64,000 nucleotides of DNA from a virus (IMGVR_UViG_3300033067_001757:1-64000), one strand, 5' to 3'; counted from the stretch's first letter, positions 34,472-46,219 are shown. The notes: generated by a model from the letters alone, not told the origin. Translations and numbers: made by a program.

Positions 34472-35305
34472 TTATGTTTTTGTTGTTATGTATTCCCATT
34501 TATACCCACCTGCAGTGGAATTAGTCCAAGATTTAGAGGGATCTTTTTTACTATAAAACAACGTCTTATTCAAAGCAGAACTTAACGATGCTCGTGTTAT
34601 ATTATTTTTAGTCGCAGCTTCGTAAACAGATGAATATTTTTCAATTATAATATTGGAATTTTTATCAATCTTAGCCACTATTCTGTTTAACTCTGGATTT
34701 TTTTCTTGATCGGATAATTTTAAATATTTTGATTTATATATCCATCTATACCCCTCTGCAACATGTGTAATACCCTTATAAATACAATTATAAATACCAC
34801 TCATGTTTTTATACCCAATTTCTGGGACACCATTCCATTCTTTTATCACATTATAATCCAAATCAAGCTGAAGAATAGTTTTGCTTCTACTCTTATTTGT
34901 TTTACGAATAATTTCTTTAGTAGATTCAGTTGGCGGTGCTCCCAGGCCAGATTCTTCCACTAAATTTGCCCAGGTATCATTATTAACAACGTCAAATAAT
35001 TTACTATAATAACTACCCAATATTTTGATTTCATCAAAATCATATGATTCATATAAAATTATAGTTTGAATATCAGTGTTCTTAACAGAATGCTTTTTTA
35101 AATGTCGATTCCACCTATAACCACTTCCTTTATATGTATAAACAGTAAGATCTTTTCTTTTCCTACTTTGAAATCTCCCTAAATAAAATAGTCCTTTAGG
35201 GCTGATCTTGATGTATAAGTAAATTTTTTGTTTACCTCTAACACTAATCTCCTTGTGTCTTGCTCTTATCCTTTCGTCTGCGGTAGTTATTGCGTACTCT
35301 TTCAT
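34472..35305 (-). CDS. GIY-YIG homing endonuclease with NUMOD1 repeats
   Basis: YLYIK..GLFYLG, YKGSG..W..HLKKH, two AxGYxWxY NUMOD1 motifs. Confidence 0.85.
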   Translation of the reverse strand: MKEYAITTADERIRARHKEISVRGKQKIYLYIKISPKGLFYLGRFQSRKRKDLTVYTYKGSGYRWNRHLKKHSVKNTDIQTIILYESYDFDEIKILGSYYSKLFDVVNNDTWANLVEESGLGAPPTESTKEIIRKTNKSRSKTILQLDLDYNVIKEWNGVPEIGYKNMSGIYNCIYKGITHVAEGYRWIYKSKYLKLSDQEKNPELNRIVAKIDKNSNIIIEKYSSVYEAATKNNITRASLSSALNKTLFYSKKDPSKSWTNSTAGGYKWEYITTKT

Positions 35306-35462
35306 CTATTCTTTCTTTGTTTTTCCAATAGTATGTACGACTATATTCACGCTGCTTTGCAGCGAGTTGTTCAGGTGATGTCTGCTTTTTTAATCTGCCC
35401 ATAATAGTCTGTATATAAATATCAAAGACCTAAGAAAAAAATATAAGAAAGAGGAATTATTT

Positions 35463-36143
35463 TTAGATACCGTATCGTTTTTTTACTTCTTCATAAATGA
35501 ACTCATCGTTTGCTTTTATAGAATCGAATATCGGATCACTTGACGTGGCGCTCATCTGAGTTTTTATTGGAAATTTAAGCATACCATTACGCTTTCCTTC
35601 AAGTCGTAATATGTGAAAAATGCTATCGTCGCCACAAAATATTTTCATACGATCATCTATAACCCGGTAGTTGCTCTTATGCATTACCATGAATATTCCG
35701 AATGCATTCCACCTGGTATCCACTGGTATAAAATCAATTCTATCTGCATAGAATGGTTCCAGGTTGTCAATTGGGAGAACATTTGGTTCATATGCACCGA
35801 GTATACCTAACTGATCGATAGGCCCCTGAGCGATTGCTGACACTATACCTTCAGGTAAAAGAATATCATCATTTGCCAGAATAATGTAATCAAAAGATGA
35901 CTTACGCACTCCATAGTTCCAGCTTGGATTAACATACATGTTATAATCCATCTGAACTGGCTTGAGCTTATCAATCCATTTGTTATCACCGAATGGGAAT
36001 GAGTATGCTTCCATTGTTTCACTGTTGTCAATGAGTATTATCTCACCGACTGCGGGATCGTTGTATAAATTTTCGAGGAGCCTGAGAGTAATATTCCAAC
36101 AGCGCTTCATTGTGGGTATTACTACGCTAAACTTTTTTTCCAT
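35463..36143 (-). CDS. GT2 glycosyltransferase
   Basis: FSVVIPT, IILIDN, VNPSWNYG, ANDDI. Confidence 0.87.
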   Translation of the reverse strand: MEKKFSVVIPTMKRCWNITLRLLENLYNDPAVGEIILIDNSETMEAYSFPFGDNKWIDKLKPVQMDYNMYVNPSWNYGVRKSSFDYIILANDDILLPEGIVSAIAQGPIDQLGILGAYEPNVLPIDNLEPFYADRIDFIPVDTRWNAFGIFMVMHKSNYRVIDDRMKIFCGDDSIFHILRLEGKRNGMLKFPIKTQMSATSSDPIFDSIKANDEFIYEEVKKRYGI

Positions 36144-36324
36144 GTATGATATTGTGTTAATAATATAGAAGTTTCGTCTGAATGTTTTGTATAATCCTCG
36201 TTAAGCAATCTCTCCATCCTTTCAACAGTATCCGGTTCGTAGAATGGTGATTTGGGATTACATATAGCATCCAGGTCTTGTTGAATGTCCGGTGTCCATT
36301 TAACGTTGAGTTTCTTAAACTCGG

Positions 36325-36705
36325 TCATATAATCTTTTCCTCTTTAGGTTTACCAAACACGTCATCCAGGCTGATACCGAATAAGCCGGCCATCTTTTTC
36401 AAGAGATCAACTTTCTGTTCCATCTCACAGTGTGGTTCGTTATTTCGCTTATCGTATTCTGCAGCTAACGTGAGAATCTTTTTCATCTCCTCTACTTCTT
36501 TCTTAAGGTCATCGAACTCTTGCCTGGTTACTTCACGTTGAAATAACTTACTGAGGATTAATTCGTCGGTCTTTTTTGGATCGGGAATATAAGGCTGCTG
36601 ATTTGGAATGACCGGATTTGTATATGGACTATCCGGTTTTAGAAATGGGGCTAAGTCTTTCCACCTATCTGTATAATGGTCACCCATATAGGAAACAACA
36701 CACAT
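36325..36705 (-). CDS. hypothetical protein
   Basis: 126 aa ORF. Confidence 0.7.
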   Translation of the reverse strand: MCVVSYMGDHYTDRWKDLAPFLKPDSPYTNPVIPNQQPYIPDPKKTDELILSKLFQREVTRQEFDDLKKEVEEMKKILTLAAEYDKRNNEPHCEMEQKVDLLKKMAGLFGISLDDVFGKPKEEKII

Positions 36706-36711
36706 ATGCTT

Positions 36712-37599
36712 TTATATTTTATTGTTTAAAAATTCTTTGTATTTTGAAATGATAGTATCTACCCTCTGAACCTGTGTATGATCGGCGAGGACTTTTCTGT
36801 AACCATTCTCAGCAATCCTTTTACGATCATCATCATTTCTGAGATAGTAATTGATCTTTGAGATACACTCAGATGGTCCGTCATAGTAAACAATATCTTC
36901 GTCTTCGGTAAAGAGCGAATCGATATTGGTATACTCCGGGAGCCGATCAGTAAGCACCATACTACCGCAAGCCATACCTTCAAAAATTCGACGACTGAGT
37001 TCATGATGCCTACTATTTTGTATCGTTATTGATCCTCTGGCTAAAAAATTTCCATAAACGTTACCAGACATACCGTTCTTATTGATAAATTTTTTTGGCA
37101 TAATGTTTTGGAGAACATCTAAAAACTGTGAACCACCTATTCCACGCGTTGATCTTACCGGGGGTAATCCATCACTATTAATATTAAACCATACAGGATA
37201 TTGTGTTCGAGTATCGGCAAAGTGAGTCCACCATATACAATCATAACCAAGTGCTTTGAACTTCTCGGTAGAATCGTAGGCCGGACATAACAATGTATGA
37301 TATCTGTCAGCAAGCACCTGGTGCTTATCGAAATTTTGCGGACAATCGGCTGTCTCACTCGCAACCCACAAACCCTTTGGTAAATATTGTTTATCGAGTC
37401 CGGTGAAGTTCAATCCCTTCCAGTCCATCACCAATAATATATCCCATATAACATCACTTGATAAGAACTGAGATATACCAGCTTCAGACAGATGGAATCT
37501 TTCTACATGGTGGCTTCTGGACTGCATCTCCGCAATTAGTGATCCGGGAGTACTCCAGGTTTCTTCTCCGAATTCGTACATCACTGCAACTTTAAGCAT
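36712..37599 (-). CDS. glycosyltransferase (CgeB/Glyco_trans_1_2-like)
   Basis: RRIFEGMACG..LTD, RKRIAENGY..V...HT..QR. Confidence 0.87.
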   Translation of the reverse strand: MLKVAVMYEFGEETWSTPGSLIAEMQSRSHHVERFHLSEAGISQFLSSDVIWDILLVMDWKGLNFTGLDKQYLPKGLWVASETADCPQNFDKHQVLADRYHTLLCPAYDSTEKFKALGYDCIWWTHFADTRTQYPVWFNINSDGLPPVRSTRGIGGSQFLDVLQNIMPKKFINKNGMSGNVYGNFLARGSITIQNSRHHELSRRIFEGMACGSMVLTDRLPEYTNIDSLFTEDEDIVYYDGPSECISKINYYLRNDDDRKRIAENGYRKVLADHTQVQRVDTIISKYKEFLNNKI

Positions 37600-38490
37600 C
37601 TTGTGTATCAGGTTGAGTATATTGTGAAAGCTTCCAGGTAGCGTTTGTTATGGCGTGATCGAAATCAATTGCGACTTGGCTATATCCTACAGATTCCTTG
37701 TGTCCCTTTAGTACGAACTGTCGTAACTCTTTCCACTGTCCCGCTGTCATAGTAGCCTGAATAGTTACCGGTATATCGTCTGGGTTCTGGTAGAATGCTT
37801 TTATTTCCATGACTATACTAATTCAGAGGTTACTACATCACTAATACCTTCCAAAGATTTCCTGGCATTGATCCTACGCTGAGCTTCTACTATCTGACAC
37901 TGCAGATAGGCCATATGTTGGTATAATTCTGATGCTCCATATCTCTCAATATAATCTTCAAGTGTATCCGGATCGAAGGATCCTTCAACTTCTCCGAGTT
38001 GGTATATCGGTGTTTCAAAATCTGTGATATAGCGTATTGACGCTAATGGTTTTGTTTCTGGCATATTGAATTATTTTATTTATAAATAAGACCGGTTGTA
38101 TTACAATTTTACCACCAGTATATCCCACCGTATATAATGGTTGAGATGATCATTCCGAATACATATAAAGTTCTACTTACATTGATATCTCCAAAATAAC
38201 CACCTATAGGTTTTGACCTAACTGCATGTTCGAGAAGATATAATTCGATTAAAATGAAAATGATTAAGTGTATGCTCATATTTATTAGTTATTAAAGTCA
38301 AACTCTTCTACTTCAGGATCAACATTATAATCACCTGATAAATGGTGACCTCTTATACATTCTTCACAAAGCAATCTTCCCTCTTTATCATAAGATGCAG
38401 CAGCTTCATTACATTCATCGCATGTGCCGAGATCATATCCGAAATTGAGATATACAAAGTCCTCTATTGATAATTCTTCTGTGTTGTCTG

Positions 38491-39420
38491 TCATTGTAAA
38501 AATGTTTGGTTGAACTGTTGCATAACTTTTTCAGCGGAAAACTCTGCTACCAGGCTCTTATAATCAAAATCTTTATTCTGAAAGTTTGTGAGGATACTAA
38601 ACAGTTCATTGGGACTTTCATAATAATACCCGCGACTCTTAAGCATCTCCAGATGATTCTTGTCTCGGCCATCTGAGTTAGTGATGACTGGAAGATTACA
38701 AAAACATGCTTCTGCGATGCTGAGTCCGAAACTTTCGCCATCAGTACGGCCTGTAAGGAAGACGTCACACGTATTGAGGAACCCAGCTTTCTGATATTCA
38801 TCTGTAGTAGCATCGATGTATATAATTCTATCATGAACGAATCCCAGGTTCTTTGTGTTCATCAGAATGACATATGCATCTTTACGTTGTTCCAAAAAGG
38901 CTTTCAGTACCTCGGGTATGTATGGAATATTTAGTTGGTCGTAACCCCCGTAACGCCCTATAACAAATGCGTTATCGGGAATCGATAAGAATGGTCTGTA
39001 ATCTTCTGTACATTCGGGTAAGCTCACAATATGCGGACAACATTTGCTACCAGGATGTTGATCTCGTAACCATGTTGAAACATATGCAGTGATCTCAGGA
39101 TTCTTTACATTGAATACAGCGTGATATACGTTTTTAGTATTTTTAAGCTTCTTGCTGGTATCTTCTCCTGAAATGATCTGATATACTACGTCGATTCCTT
39201 CGTTGTCTACAACATTCTGCAAGTCATTGAAATCCTCATATAAGAATACTCTGTCTGGGAATCGTTCTTCAAACTTTGGCCAGGATCTTAAATCACTGTT
39301 CTTTGGTGCTGCTATGAATGACATGTTACCGAGGATATCTTCGTTACCGACTGCGTAGTCAAACAATGCTACACTTGTGCCCCGGTATCCGAGTTGATTT
39401 TCACAGAATAATACTTTCAT
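38491..39420 (-). CDS. GT4-like (GT-B) glycosyltransferase
   Basis: GESFGLSIAEA, RGTSVALFDYA. Confidence 0.88.
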   Translation of the reverse strand: MKVLFCENQLGYRGTSVALFDYAVGNEDILGNMSFIAAPKNSDLRSWPKFEERFPDRVFLYEDFNDLQNVVDNEGIDVVYQIISGEDTSKKLKNTKNVYHAVFNVKNPEITAYVSTWLRDQHPGSKCCPHIVSLPECTEDYRPFLSIPDNAFVIGRYGGYDQLNIPYIPEVLKAFLEQRKDAYVILMNTKNLGFVHDRIIYIDATTDEYQKAGFLNTCDVFLTGRTDGESFGLSIAEACFCNLPVITNSDGRDKNHLEMLKSRGYYYESPNELFSILTNFQNKDFDYKSLVAEFSAEKVMQQFNQTFLQ

Positions 39421-39827
39421 TTTGTTACCATGTTATCATAATGTAAGGACCCTCTCGCTGATCACCGGGAGTGTGATAAACGTCATATCCTTCCATTTTT
39501 AATTTATTTATCACATCTTGATGTATCATTTTGTAATAAGACATTTCATACTTACCCTTTTTAGACAACGATGTGATTGATGTTTTTATCTCAACGTACT
39601 GAATATTATCAGTTGAAGTATTATAATTTAGCGCTGTCTCTCTTGCTTCTTTTGCTGTCATGATATTTTATTTAAAGCTTCCTCCGACGTCTTCATCTTT
39701 CCACTGGTTTATAAGTTTACGTACTTCGTATCCGAGTTCCTGGTCGTTTGAGAAGAGAACTTTTAACGCCTCTATTTGGGATAGTTTGTCTGTGGAACTA
39801 TCTTCGGTGTTAAATCCGGTGAAGTGT

Positions 39828-40481
39828 TCAAATAGACCTGGGTATTCTTTCATAGTAATCGTTTTGTTTGATTTGTTTCTCAAGAGATTTTACATGTATG
39901 ATACTATAGTCATCGACGATAGGTAATAAAGAATGATGATTGTGCCCGGTGATCCTTTCGTGTACAGCTCCAGTCCAACGGATACCTGGCCTATTTTTAA
40001 ATATTCTTCCCTGGTAGTCAGGTGAGTTTACCCTGTTATCGGTGTCGGATAATACCCAGCCCCATTTCTGTATCAGATCGGGACGTTCTGTTATATTTGA
40101 AACGATATTGATACGAGGTAGACGATATAATTCAACTTCGGGATTATTATATAAAATCTCTTTAAGTACAGTCAAGAGTGTATCATGTGGCAACTCGTCT
40201 GCATCAAGCTGGAATTGCCATTCCTTCGTACAATGAGCAATCAGATTATTCTTGAAAGCTGCAAAATCATTGTTCAGCGGGAACTCAATGATCCTAATAT
40301 TCACCCCATCTTTCTCCAGCATCTTACAATACTGATATACTTCATCAGAGCGTGATGTATCAAGCTGAATGATTATCTCGTCCTCTGCCGGTACATAATA
40401 TTTTATGAGCCTGGGCATCAGACGTTTCAATTCTTGCAACTCTGTGCAGGCTGTTACGCAGTAAGAAATTGATGGATTCAT
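39828..40481 (-). CDS. GT2 glycosyltransferase
   Basis: FAAFKN, QLDADE, DYQGRIF, WTGAVHE. Confidence 0.88.
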   Translation of the reverse strand: MNPSISYCVTACTELQELKRLMPRLIKYYVPAEDEIIIQLDTSRSDEVYQYCKMLEKDGVNIRIIEFPLNNDFAAFKNNLIAHCTKEWQFQLDADELPHDTLLTVLKEILYNNPEVELYRLPRINIVSNITERPDLIQKWGWVLSDTDNRVNSPDYQGRIFKNRPGIRWTGAVHERITGHNHHSLLPIVDDYSIIHVKSLEKQIKQNDYYERIPRSI

Positions 40482-40641
40482 TCACTGGTCTTTTTGAGTG
40501 ATAAATAATATTGTAATTCTGATACCAGACAACATATCCAACCGAATACCGCTTGCATGTTACCTTCTTTCATATTATACAGAATAAATGATATTGTCAG
40601 ACACATGCCTATTACATAAAATGGATTTTTCATATGGTATA

Positions 40642-41082
40642 TTATTCAAAGATTTCCTCGAATACGTATGACTGATCAATGTGTTTAGAATCGGGTAGTG
40701 GTAATCTAGCTCTGATCACATGAGACTTAGCCCGGTGATGATTATACACAACTTCATCCATGGCCATTACCATTATATAATCTTTCTTCCAGTATGTCTC
40801 ATTCACATGATTGAAGAATCTACGCTTATAGAAAGCAGGATCTTCCAACGGAAGATGAAATACTCTGGGGTGATATCCAGCTTCAATGACCGGTTGCAGA
40901 TCGGGGAATGTGCTCAGATACATTTCATAAACATTCCTGGCAGTCTGCTTGACAAAGGAGTCGTCTTCATGACACTGCAGGATGAATATCTCCAGTTGAT
41001 TGTTGTAGACGGGGCGACCAAATATCGCTAAGCGACGGCCCTGACGGTCACATGACCTGAATGTTACTACGTAGTTTTGCAT
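40642..41082 (-). CDS. hypothetical protein
   Basis: 146 aa, ATAAAGGTCATG start context. Confidence 0.65.
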   Translation of the reverse strand: MQNYVVTFRSCDRQGRRLAIFGRPVYNNQLEIFILQCHEDDSFVKQTARNVYEMYLSTFPDLQPVIEAGYHPRVFHLPLEDPAFYKRRFFNHVNETYWKKDYIMVMAMDEVVYNHHRAKSHVIRARLPLPDSKHIDQSYVFEEIFE

Positions 41083-41087
41083 GACCT

Positions 41088-41624
41088 TTATTTTTTGTTT
41101 AGTATTTTGAATGCTTCTGTGAAAGCGGCATCAGTACACTTTTTTCTTGTTTTATACCATTCTTTAGAATAGTTACCATAGCTTCCAGCCATTATATCTG
41201 TTCCCACAATTCTATATACCGCATGATAATTATCTATTCTGTAATGAAACTTATTGGTATCGGATGCTGCGTATTCTATTGATATTACGATTCCACATTT
41301 ATCAAACCAGTCGTGTAATTGCTGGTAGGTTGGTGCTGCTACATATTCATCAGGAGCACATGTGTTTGAACCGGAATTTTTAATCCAATAACATTCTGTT
41401 ATTTTAACGGACTCCTGAAATTGAATGTTGGGTATGGTGGGTGAATCCTCTATGAATAAGTTATAGAATGCTAAACAAGGTTCATCAAAATAATGCTCCT
41501 TGGCCATCAATGCAAATTCATATGGGACAAACAAATGATTCATGTTAAATGAGAATATTTTAAAGCGCCATAAACAGAGAATGCATAAAATGGAGTATTG
41601 ATGCACACACCAATCATTCCCCAA
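41088..41624 (-). CDS. hypothetical phage protein (true start probably MNHLFV)
   Basis: FVPYEFAL..KE..FDEPC ... APTYQQ..DWF. Confidence 0.65.
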   Translation of the reverse strand: MGNDWCVHQYSILCILCLWRFKIFSFNMNHLFVPYEFALMAKEHYFDEPCLAFYNLFIEDSPTIPNIQFQESVKITECYWIKNSGSNTCAPDEYVAAPTYQQLHDWFDKCGIVISIEYAASDTNKFHYRIDNYHAVYRIVGTDIMAGSYGNYSKEWYKTRKKCTDAAFTEAFKILNKK

Positions 41625-41712
41625 TGTTCACCGCTCTGCCAGGCCATACAAAATGTTACCTGAATAAAAGTTAATATCCACATAGCAGCGTAACAATGTT
41701 TATATATCTTTC

Positions 41713-42156
41713 TCACGCTGAAGCATTATTTAAAAGTCCACAGGCTTGTAATGCAAGAGGAAATTGATCCTGGTTAAACTGCAATGCTGCATTTACATTG
41801 ATCTTATACTTGGCATCTTTAAAACGTTCCTTCTCATGTTCTTCCACAGCGATATGAGGAAAGAAGGCCCAGAACCAGTTGTCTTTTGAAGTACCATCAA
41901 CAGTGAGGACTCCTACACCTTCATTAGCGATATATTGAGGATACCATACCAGGCCATCTTCATCTTCGTGTTTCAGATCAATGTATAGCCGAGGAATGTT
42001 TTCTTCAAAGGATAAGAGTGTATCGGTACCTTTCATCAGATAGGTACTTGTTTCGAAACCACAAACCAGACATTTCCATGCCACGACATGATCATTCATG
42101 ATTTGGTAACAAACGGAGGCACCGCATTTTCGACATTTGCAAATTGAATCGGTCAT
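41713..42156 (-). CDS. Zn-ribbon protein
   Basis: CRKCG and CLVCG motifs. Confidence 0.7.
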   Translation of the reverse strand: MTDSICKCRKCGASVCYQIMNDHVVAWKCLVCGFETSTYLMKGTDTLLSFEENIPRLYIDLKHEDEDGLVWYPQYIANEGVGVLTVDGTSKDNWFWAFFPHIAVEEHEKERFKDAKYKINVNAALQFNQDQFPLALQACGLLNNASA

Positions 42157-42159
42157 ATA

Positions 42160-42405
42160 TTATTTGATGGTTTTTACTGAATCGATTATTGAGAAATGAT
42201 CTACATCATAAGAGAAGGCATTCTCATTACCATCTCGTAAACACTGTCCATGTAAATGGAGATTCTGATAATATTCAATTTTGATAGTATCATTTTTATA
42301 CTTCGTCGATGTAATGACTACAATTGCTGTTTTATTAGGATCTGAATCCGGTGGTAAACACGATGATAACAATAAGAATGAAAATAGAATGAGGAGTAGT
42401 TTCAT
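42160..42405 (-). CDS. lipoprotein
   Basis: LSSC lipobox. Confidence 0.65.
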   Translation of the reverse strand: MKLLLILFSFLLLSSCLPPDSDPNKTAIVVITSTKYKNDTIKIEYYQNLHLHGQCLRDGNENAFSYDVDHFSIIDSVKTIK

Positions 42406-42414
42406 GGCTGAGAT

Positions 42415-42875
42415 TTAATCGTGATCGTATTCTTCAATATCGATAGTACCGTTCTTGGATACTGTTATCCTTACATGATCTCCGAATAACTCTTCGTAGA
42501 ATTCTTCTGGGATATCACTTAATACTTCTTTAAACTCTCCCAGAATTTTAACCTCATCCCAATCAATCACCTTTCCTTCAGTCGCAAGCTTTTCAAGATC
42601 ATCTGGATACTTTGTTCTCCAAGAATACCAATCCAGTTCATCCACATCAACACCATTCACATCAACATAATCGACATTTGTCCTGAACGTACATAAGTCA
42701 CCATCATTGAAATATGGTGTGTACTGTGTCCAGCTTATCGATTCTATCTTTTTAGATTTATCGAACAGTGGTTGTAACAAAGATGGAAACTCTGTTCTTA
42801 ACTGCTCAACTAATTGCTTCTTTTTTCATTGAATGCTGCAAGCTCAGCTTTGATTTTGTTTACTGTGTCTGACAT
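42415..42875 (-). CDS. conserved phage protein with an apparent 1-nt frameshift near 42825
   Basis: WTQYTPYFNDGD..F ... EEYDHD; upstream MSDTVNK frame joins if the A6 run were A7. Confidence 0.6.
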
Positions 42876-43119
42876 ATTATTCTTCGATTGAGATTACTTT
42901 GTAAGGTTGTATAGGTTCATCGCTACCTTCTTCGCGGAACCATTTGTCATCTGCGCATTCTTTATTATTAGCATCTGCTACTACCTGGGCCTCTGCAGCG
43001 GTATCAAATAGTTTAGACTGAATAGTATACCCTTCGTCATCTGACTGACAATAGAAACAGTCATCATACTCCCAGCCTTCTTTTACGACTACGTATTTCA
43101 TTATGTTGTATTTTATTGA

Positions 43120-43539
43120 TTAATCGAGTACTATATCGCGAGGATTTGTATACGCAATACTTTGTTCTTTTTTCTTGTACAATAACTCAGATGATGTCGG
43201 AGTACCCGACCGGGCATTCTGCATCCAGTCTTTCATCTCCATATGTTGGATGAAATCTTGTGGAGTCGGGATAAACTTCTGTCGGTAGTCTTCCAGGATA
43301 TGTTGTTCACATATATCTTTAACCGATACGATTTTACCATCACTGTTAGTCATCGTAACTCCGTAAATGGGAGTCATTACTTCCTGTATCCAAAACATCG
43401 TATGAGTGAGAACACGATGCCGGTTGTCTGGAAAATATCCTTTGCTGCAATCCATCTTTACATGGAGATGCAAGTAGTCTTCCATTTTACCACCGAACCT
43501 TTTTGCAGAAGAAATTGCGTGAATGTGGGGAGCGCTCAT
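43120..43539 (-). CDS. DUF6915-like protein
   Basis: HAISSAKRFGG, HRVLTH, EQHILED. Confidence 0.7.
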   Translation of the reverse strand: MSAPHIHAISSAKRFGGKMEDYLHLHVKMDCSKGYFPDNRHRVLTHTMFWIQEVMTPIYGVTMTNSDGKIVSVKDICEQHILEDYRQKFIPTPQDFIQHMEMKDWMQNARSGTPTSSELLYKKKEQSIAYTNPRDIVLD

Positions 43540-43564
43540 GACCTTTATTTTAATTTGTAGACCA

Positions 43565-43596
43565 CAAAATTAAGAGAACTTATTGAGTTCTCCAAA
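43565..43596 (-). promoter_or_regulatory. Bacteroidota sigma-A type promoter
   Basis: TTTG-N20-TAATTTTG. Confidence 0.65.
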
Positions 43597-43601
43597 TATA
43601 T

Positions 43602-43919
43602 TTAGAGAAATCTGATAAATTTATTTGTGAGTGGCAGTTTAGGTCCATCTATCAGTTCTACGAGAACATCACCGTGGCAGGACTTGGGATGACAAAAACA
43701 TGCAAGCGTTTTATCTTTTAGTTCATATAAACTATTCATCAATTCTGGTTGGGTCACTATCCATTCACGGTACCTGGAGATAGCTTCTTCACGAGTACCT
43801 ACGATGAATTCTGCTAATGTTTCTTCGTCCTTAATATGAGAAAAGGGATTCCCCCACTTGGAAGGTCTCCCTATGTATACATCGTATCTGTCTTTCTTAA
43901 CGTGGACTACTTTAGTCAT
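43602..43919 (-). CDS. DUF4326 protein
   Basis: VYIGRPSKWGNPF ... LACFCHPKSCHGDVL. Confidence 0.88.
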   Translation of the reverse strand: MTKVVHVKKDRYDVYIGRPSKWGNPFSHIKDEETLAEFIVGTREEAISRYREWIVTQPELMNSLYELKDKTLACFCHPKSCHGDVLVELIDGPKLPLTNKFIRFL

Positions 43920-44097
43920 CTGCGTTTTGGAAATTTATATCTACCTGATTCTAAACCGTGTAGTATTCTTTTTGCAGTACTAAGACAAGTTTTTAACTCT
44001 GATCTCAGTTCCAGTGGTGAATCCTTTATCCAACTCTTTATGCGTTTGACCTCGTTCCTTACAAAATCTATTTCTTCTTGTGCGTTATTTGCCATGA

Positions 44098-45405
44098 TTA
44101 TGTTGTTGGTAAAGAAATTGGCCGGGCCAACTTCGGAAGTTGTATTGATACCGGTCTGCTGATCACCGGAGTATACTTCTTTAATATAGTGTCAAGTTTC
44201 TCAGTCATCTTGTCAAGAGAGAAGTCTGTACGACAGCGATAACCCTGACGCTTTCCACGATCAATATAGTTCTTATAGTTCTCGTATACATCTTTCAATG
44301 CAATGCTGAGTTGATGAGGATCTGGTTTAAACCATTGAGCTTCTTTCAGTAAGAATTGGTTTGCTGCAGATGGGTGTACATTATGTAAAGCCCCACCGAC
44401 AAACACAGAAAAGTCTGGGAATAAGAAGTCTGTATGTCCTGACCAAGGACTACATATTATAATTTTCCCGGTAGCGGCGCTGAATTCAAGGAATGGTCTG
44501 CCGAATCCTTCTGATCCAACCAGTGCAAACGCTTTTACTTTGGGATGATTGTACAGCGAATTCATTTCCTCATCGGACAATTCTCCATGAATAAGATAAA
44601 TATTTGGAAGATCTCCGGTAACCTGCTTGCGAATCTTATCAATGCGATCAAGTAGTTGCTCTTCTTCTGTGATAGAATAACCACCGATACTTGTTTTGAG
44701 TATCAGCGCTGGTCGTACCTTTTTGTTCTTAAACGTTTCAAGAAACACTTTTATCAACGTAGTCAGTTGCTTTCTGTCTTCACCCTGATCACCAGGAAGT
44801 AAATGTCCAACTGAAAGGAAACAAAACTCTTCTTTTATAAAATCGATTGCTGGGAACAATGCTTCAGCATTATCAATTTTATGATAAACACTCGTGTCAA
44901 TTCCCTCAAACAGTACTTCGCAAGGTTTCGTTAGCTTCAGGTCAGCAACCTTCTGTTGAGTCCTGTTGTCTATCTGTTCAAACGTAGATGATTCGAATAC
45001 CTTCTTAGCATGTTCACTGGATACGATTACCAGGTCTGCGTTATTGGCACCCTGGATCAGTTCCGCTGGCATTATGGACGTTTCCACGCCGGCAGTAACG
45101 ATCAAATTTAGGTACTTTCCAACACGTTGCTGAGGCATCTCATTTGGTACTGAACACATGATGAAGATGTCTGGTTGCTCTGTGAGTTGAGGAATAGTCC
45201 TATCGATGATTGCTTTGTCTGCAGGGTTGGCCGGGTTGAGTGATCCAAATGGTGTTTGGCCCCAGCGCTGGCTCAAAACCTTGATGTCGTATTCTTCACC
45301 TTTGAGTTTGATCAACGATTTTAGAAAATCTTTCGAGCGAAATCCATACCCTGAAAATGTATCTTGACATCCCGAGAAAACCAATTTTACCTTGTTGTTA
45401 GTCAT
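44098..45405 (-). CDS. GT4-like (GT-B) glycosyltransferase
   Basis: SGYG, DRK, EGFGRPFLE, WSGHTDF. Confidence 0.9.
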   Translation of the reverse strand: MTNNKVKLVFSGCQDTFSGYGFRSKDFLKSLIKLKGEEYDIKVLSQRWGQTPFGSLNPANPADKAIIDRTIPQLTEQPDIFIMCSVPNEMPQQRVGKYLNLIVTAGVETSIMPAELIQGANNADLVIVSSEHAKKVFESSTFEQIDNRTQQKVADLKLTKPCEVLFEGIDTSVYHKIDNAEALFPAIDFIKEEFCFLSVGHLLPGDQGEDRKQLTTLIKVFLETFKNKKVRPALILKTSIGGYSITEEEQLLDRIDKIRKQVTGDLPNIYLIHGELSDEEMNSLYNHPKVKAFALVGSEGFGRPFLEFSAATGKIIICSPWSGHTDFLFPDFSVFVGGALHNVHPSAANQFLLKEAQWFKPDPHQLSIALKDVYENYKNYIDRGKRQGYRCRTDFSLDKMTEKLDTILKKYTPVISRPVSIQLPKLARPISLPTT

Positions 45406-45415
45406 GTTATAATTA

Positions 45416-46219
45416 TCAATAATTAATGAAATAATCGTCTATCACTTTAATATACTTTGGTGGTATATTGTTATAAGTCCACACGGCTTTCGGATGATTA
45501 GGATCGTCGAAAAGTTTTATCTTATCACGTAGTGATTTATAATCTATCTGAAGAATTTTATATTCCTTTATTCTCTCTTGTACCGCAGGTGCTTCCTTAT
45601 CATAAAGTGATTCAATCTCCGAATTCAAATCTTGGTTATCTACAAATAGATAAATACGTCCTGGATGAGCAGCAATTTTAGAAGCACTCTTAGGCGTCAA
45701 GCCTTTTAGACCAATTCTTGTAAATCTCAAGTCGGGAGATACATGATATAAATAATCTCCTTTAAAATCTATCTCAACATCATATTTAGCCTCATACTTT
45801 AATTCAATGTCTTTCCCGGATACAACATTCTTTTTAAGATTCTCAGCATTGTATTTATTGAAATCTTTTATATACGCAGGGTACCATCCAAAAGAATCCA
45901 TGTACTTGTTAATATCGGATATATTAGTCTGCTGTAAATTATCAAAAACTATACTGAGCGCATTTACATTAGGATCACCTTCAAACGCTTTTTTATAATC
46001 TCCGTTAAATCTCTTCTTCAATTCTGATAGAGTTTTGTCTTTGGATATGGTTTGTGTTACAAACTCCAATAACATTTGCTCATCACAGTATCCTCTATAA
46101 TATTCGTATATAAAATTTTCAGATAAACCTTTCAGCTTAGGGTATTCATCTACTATAGTATCAATGTCTACCAGGTAGGCCGGGTGAACCGTTTCTTCTA
46201 AAATTTTATTTAGACTCAT
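45416..46219 (-). CDS. ADP-ribosyltransferase/KptA-like fold protein
   Basis: LYHVS..I..KGLTP, RIYL, ILQID, NIPPKYI. Confidence 0.55.
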   Translation of the reverse strand: MSLNKILEETVHPAYLVDIDTIVDEYPKLKGLSENFIYEYYRGYCDEQMLLEFVTQTISKDKTLSELKKRFNGDYKKAFEGDPNVNALSIVFDNLQQTNISDINKYMDSFGWYPAYIKDFNKYNAENLKKNVVSGKDIELKYEAKYDVEIDFKGDYLYHVSPDLRFTRIGLKGLTPKSASKIAAHPGRIYLFVDNQDLNSEIESLYDKEAPAVQERIKEYKILQIDYKSLRDKIKLFDDPNHPKAVWTYNNIPPKYIKVIDDYFINY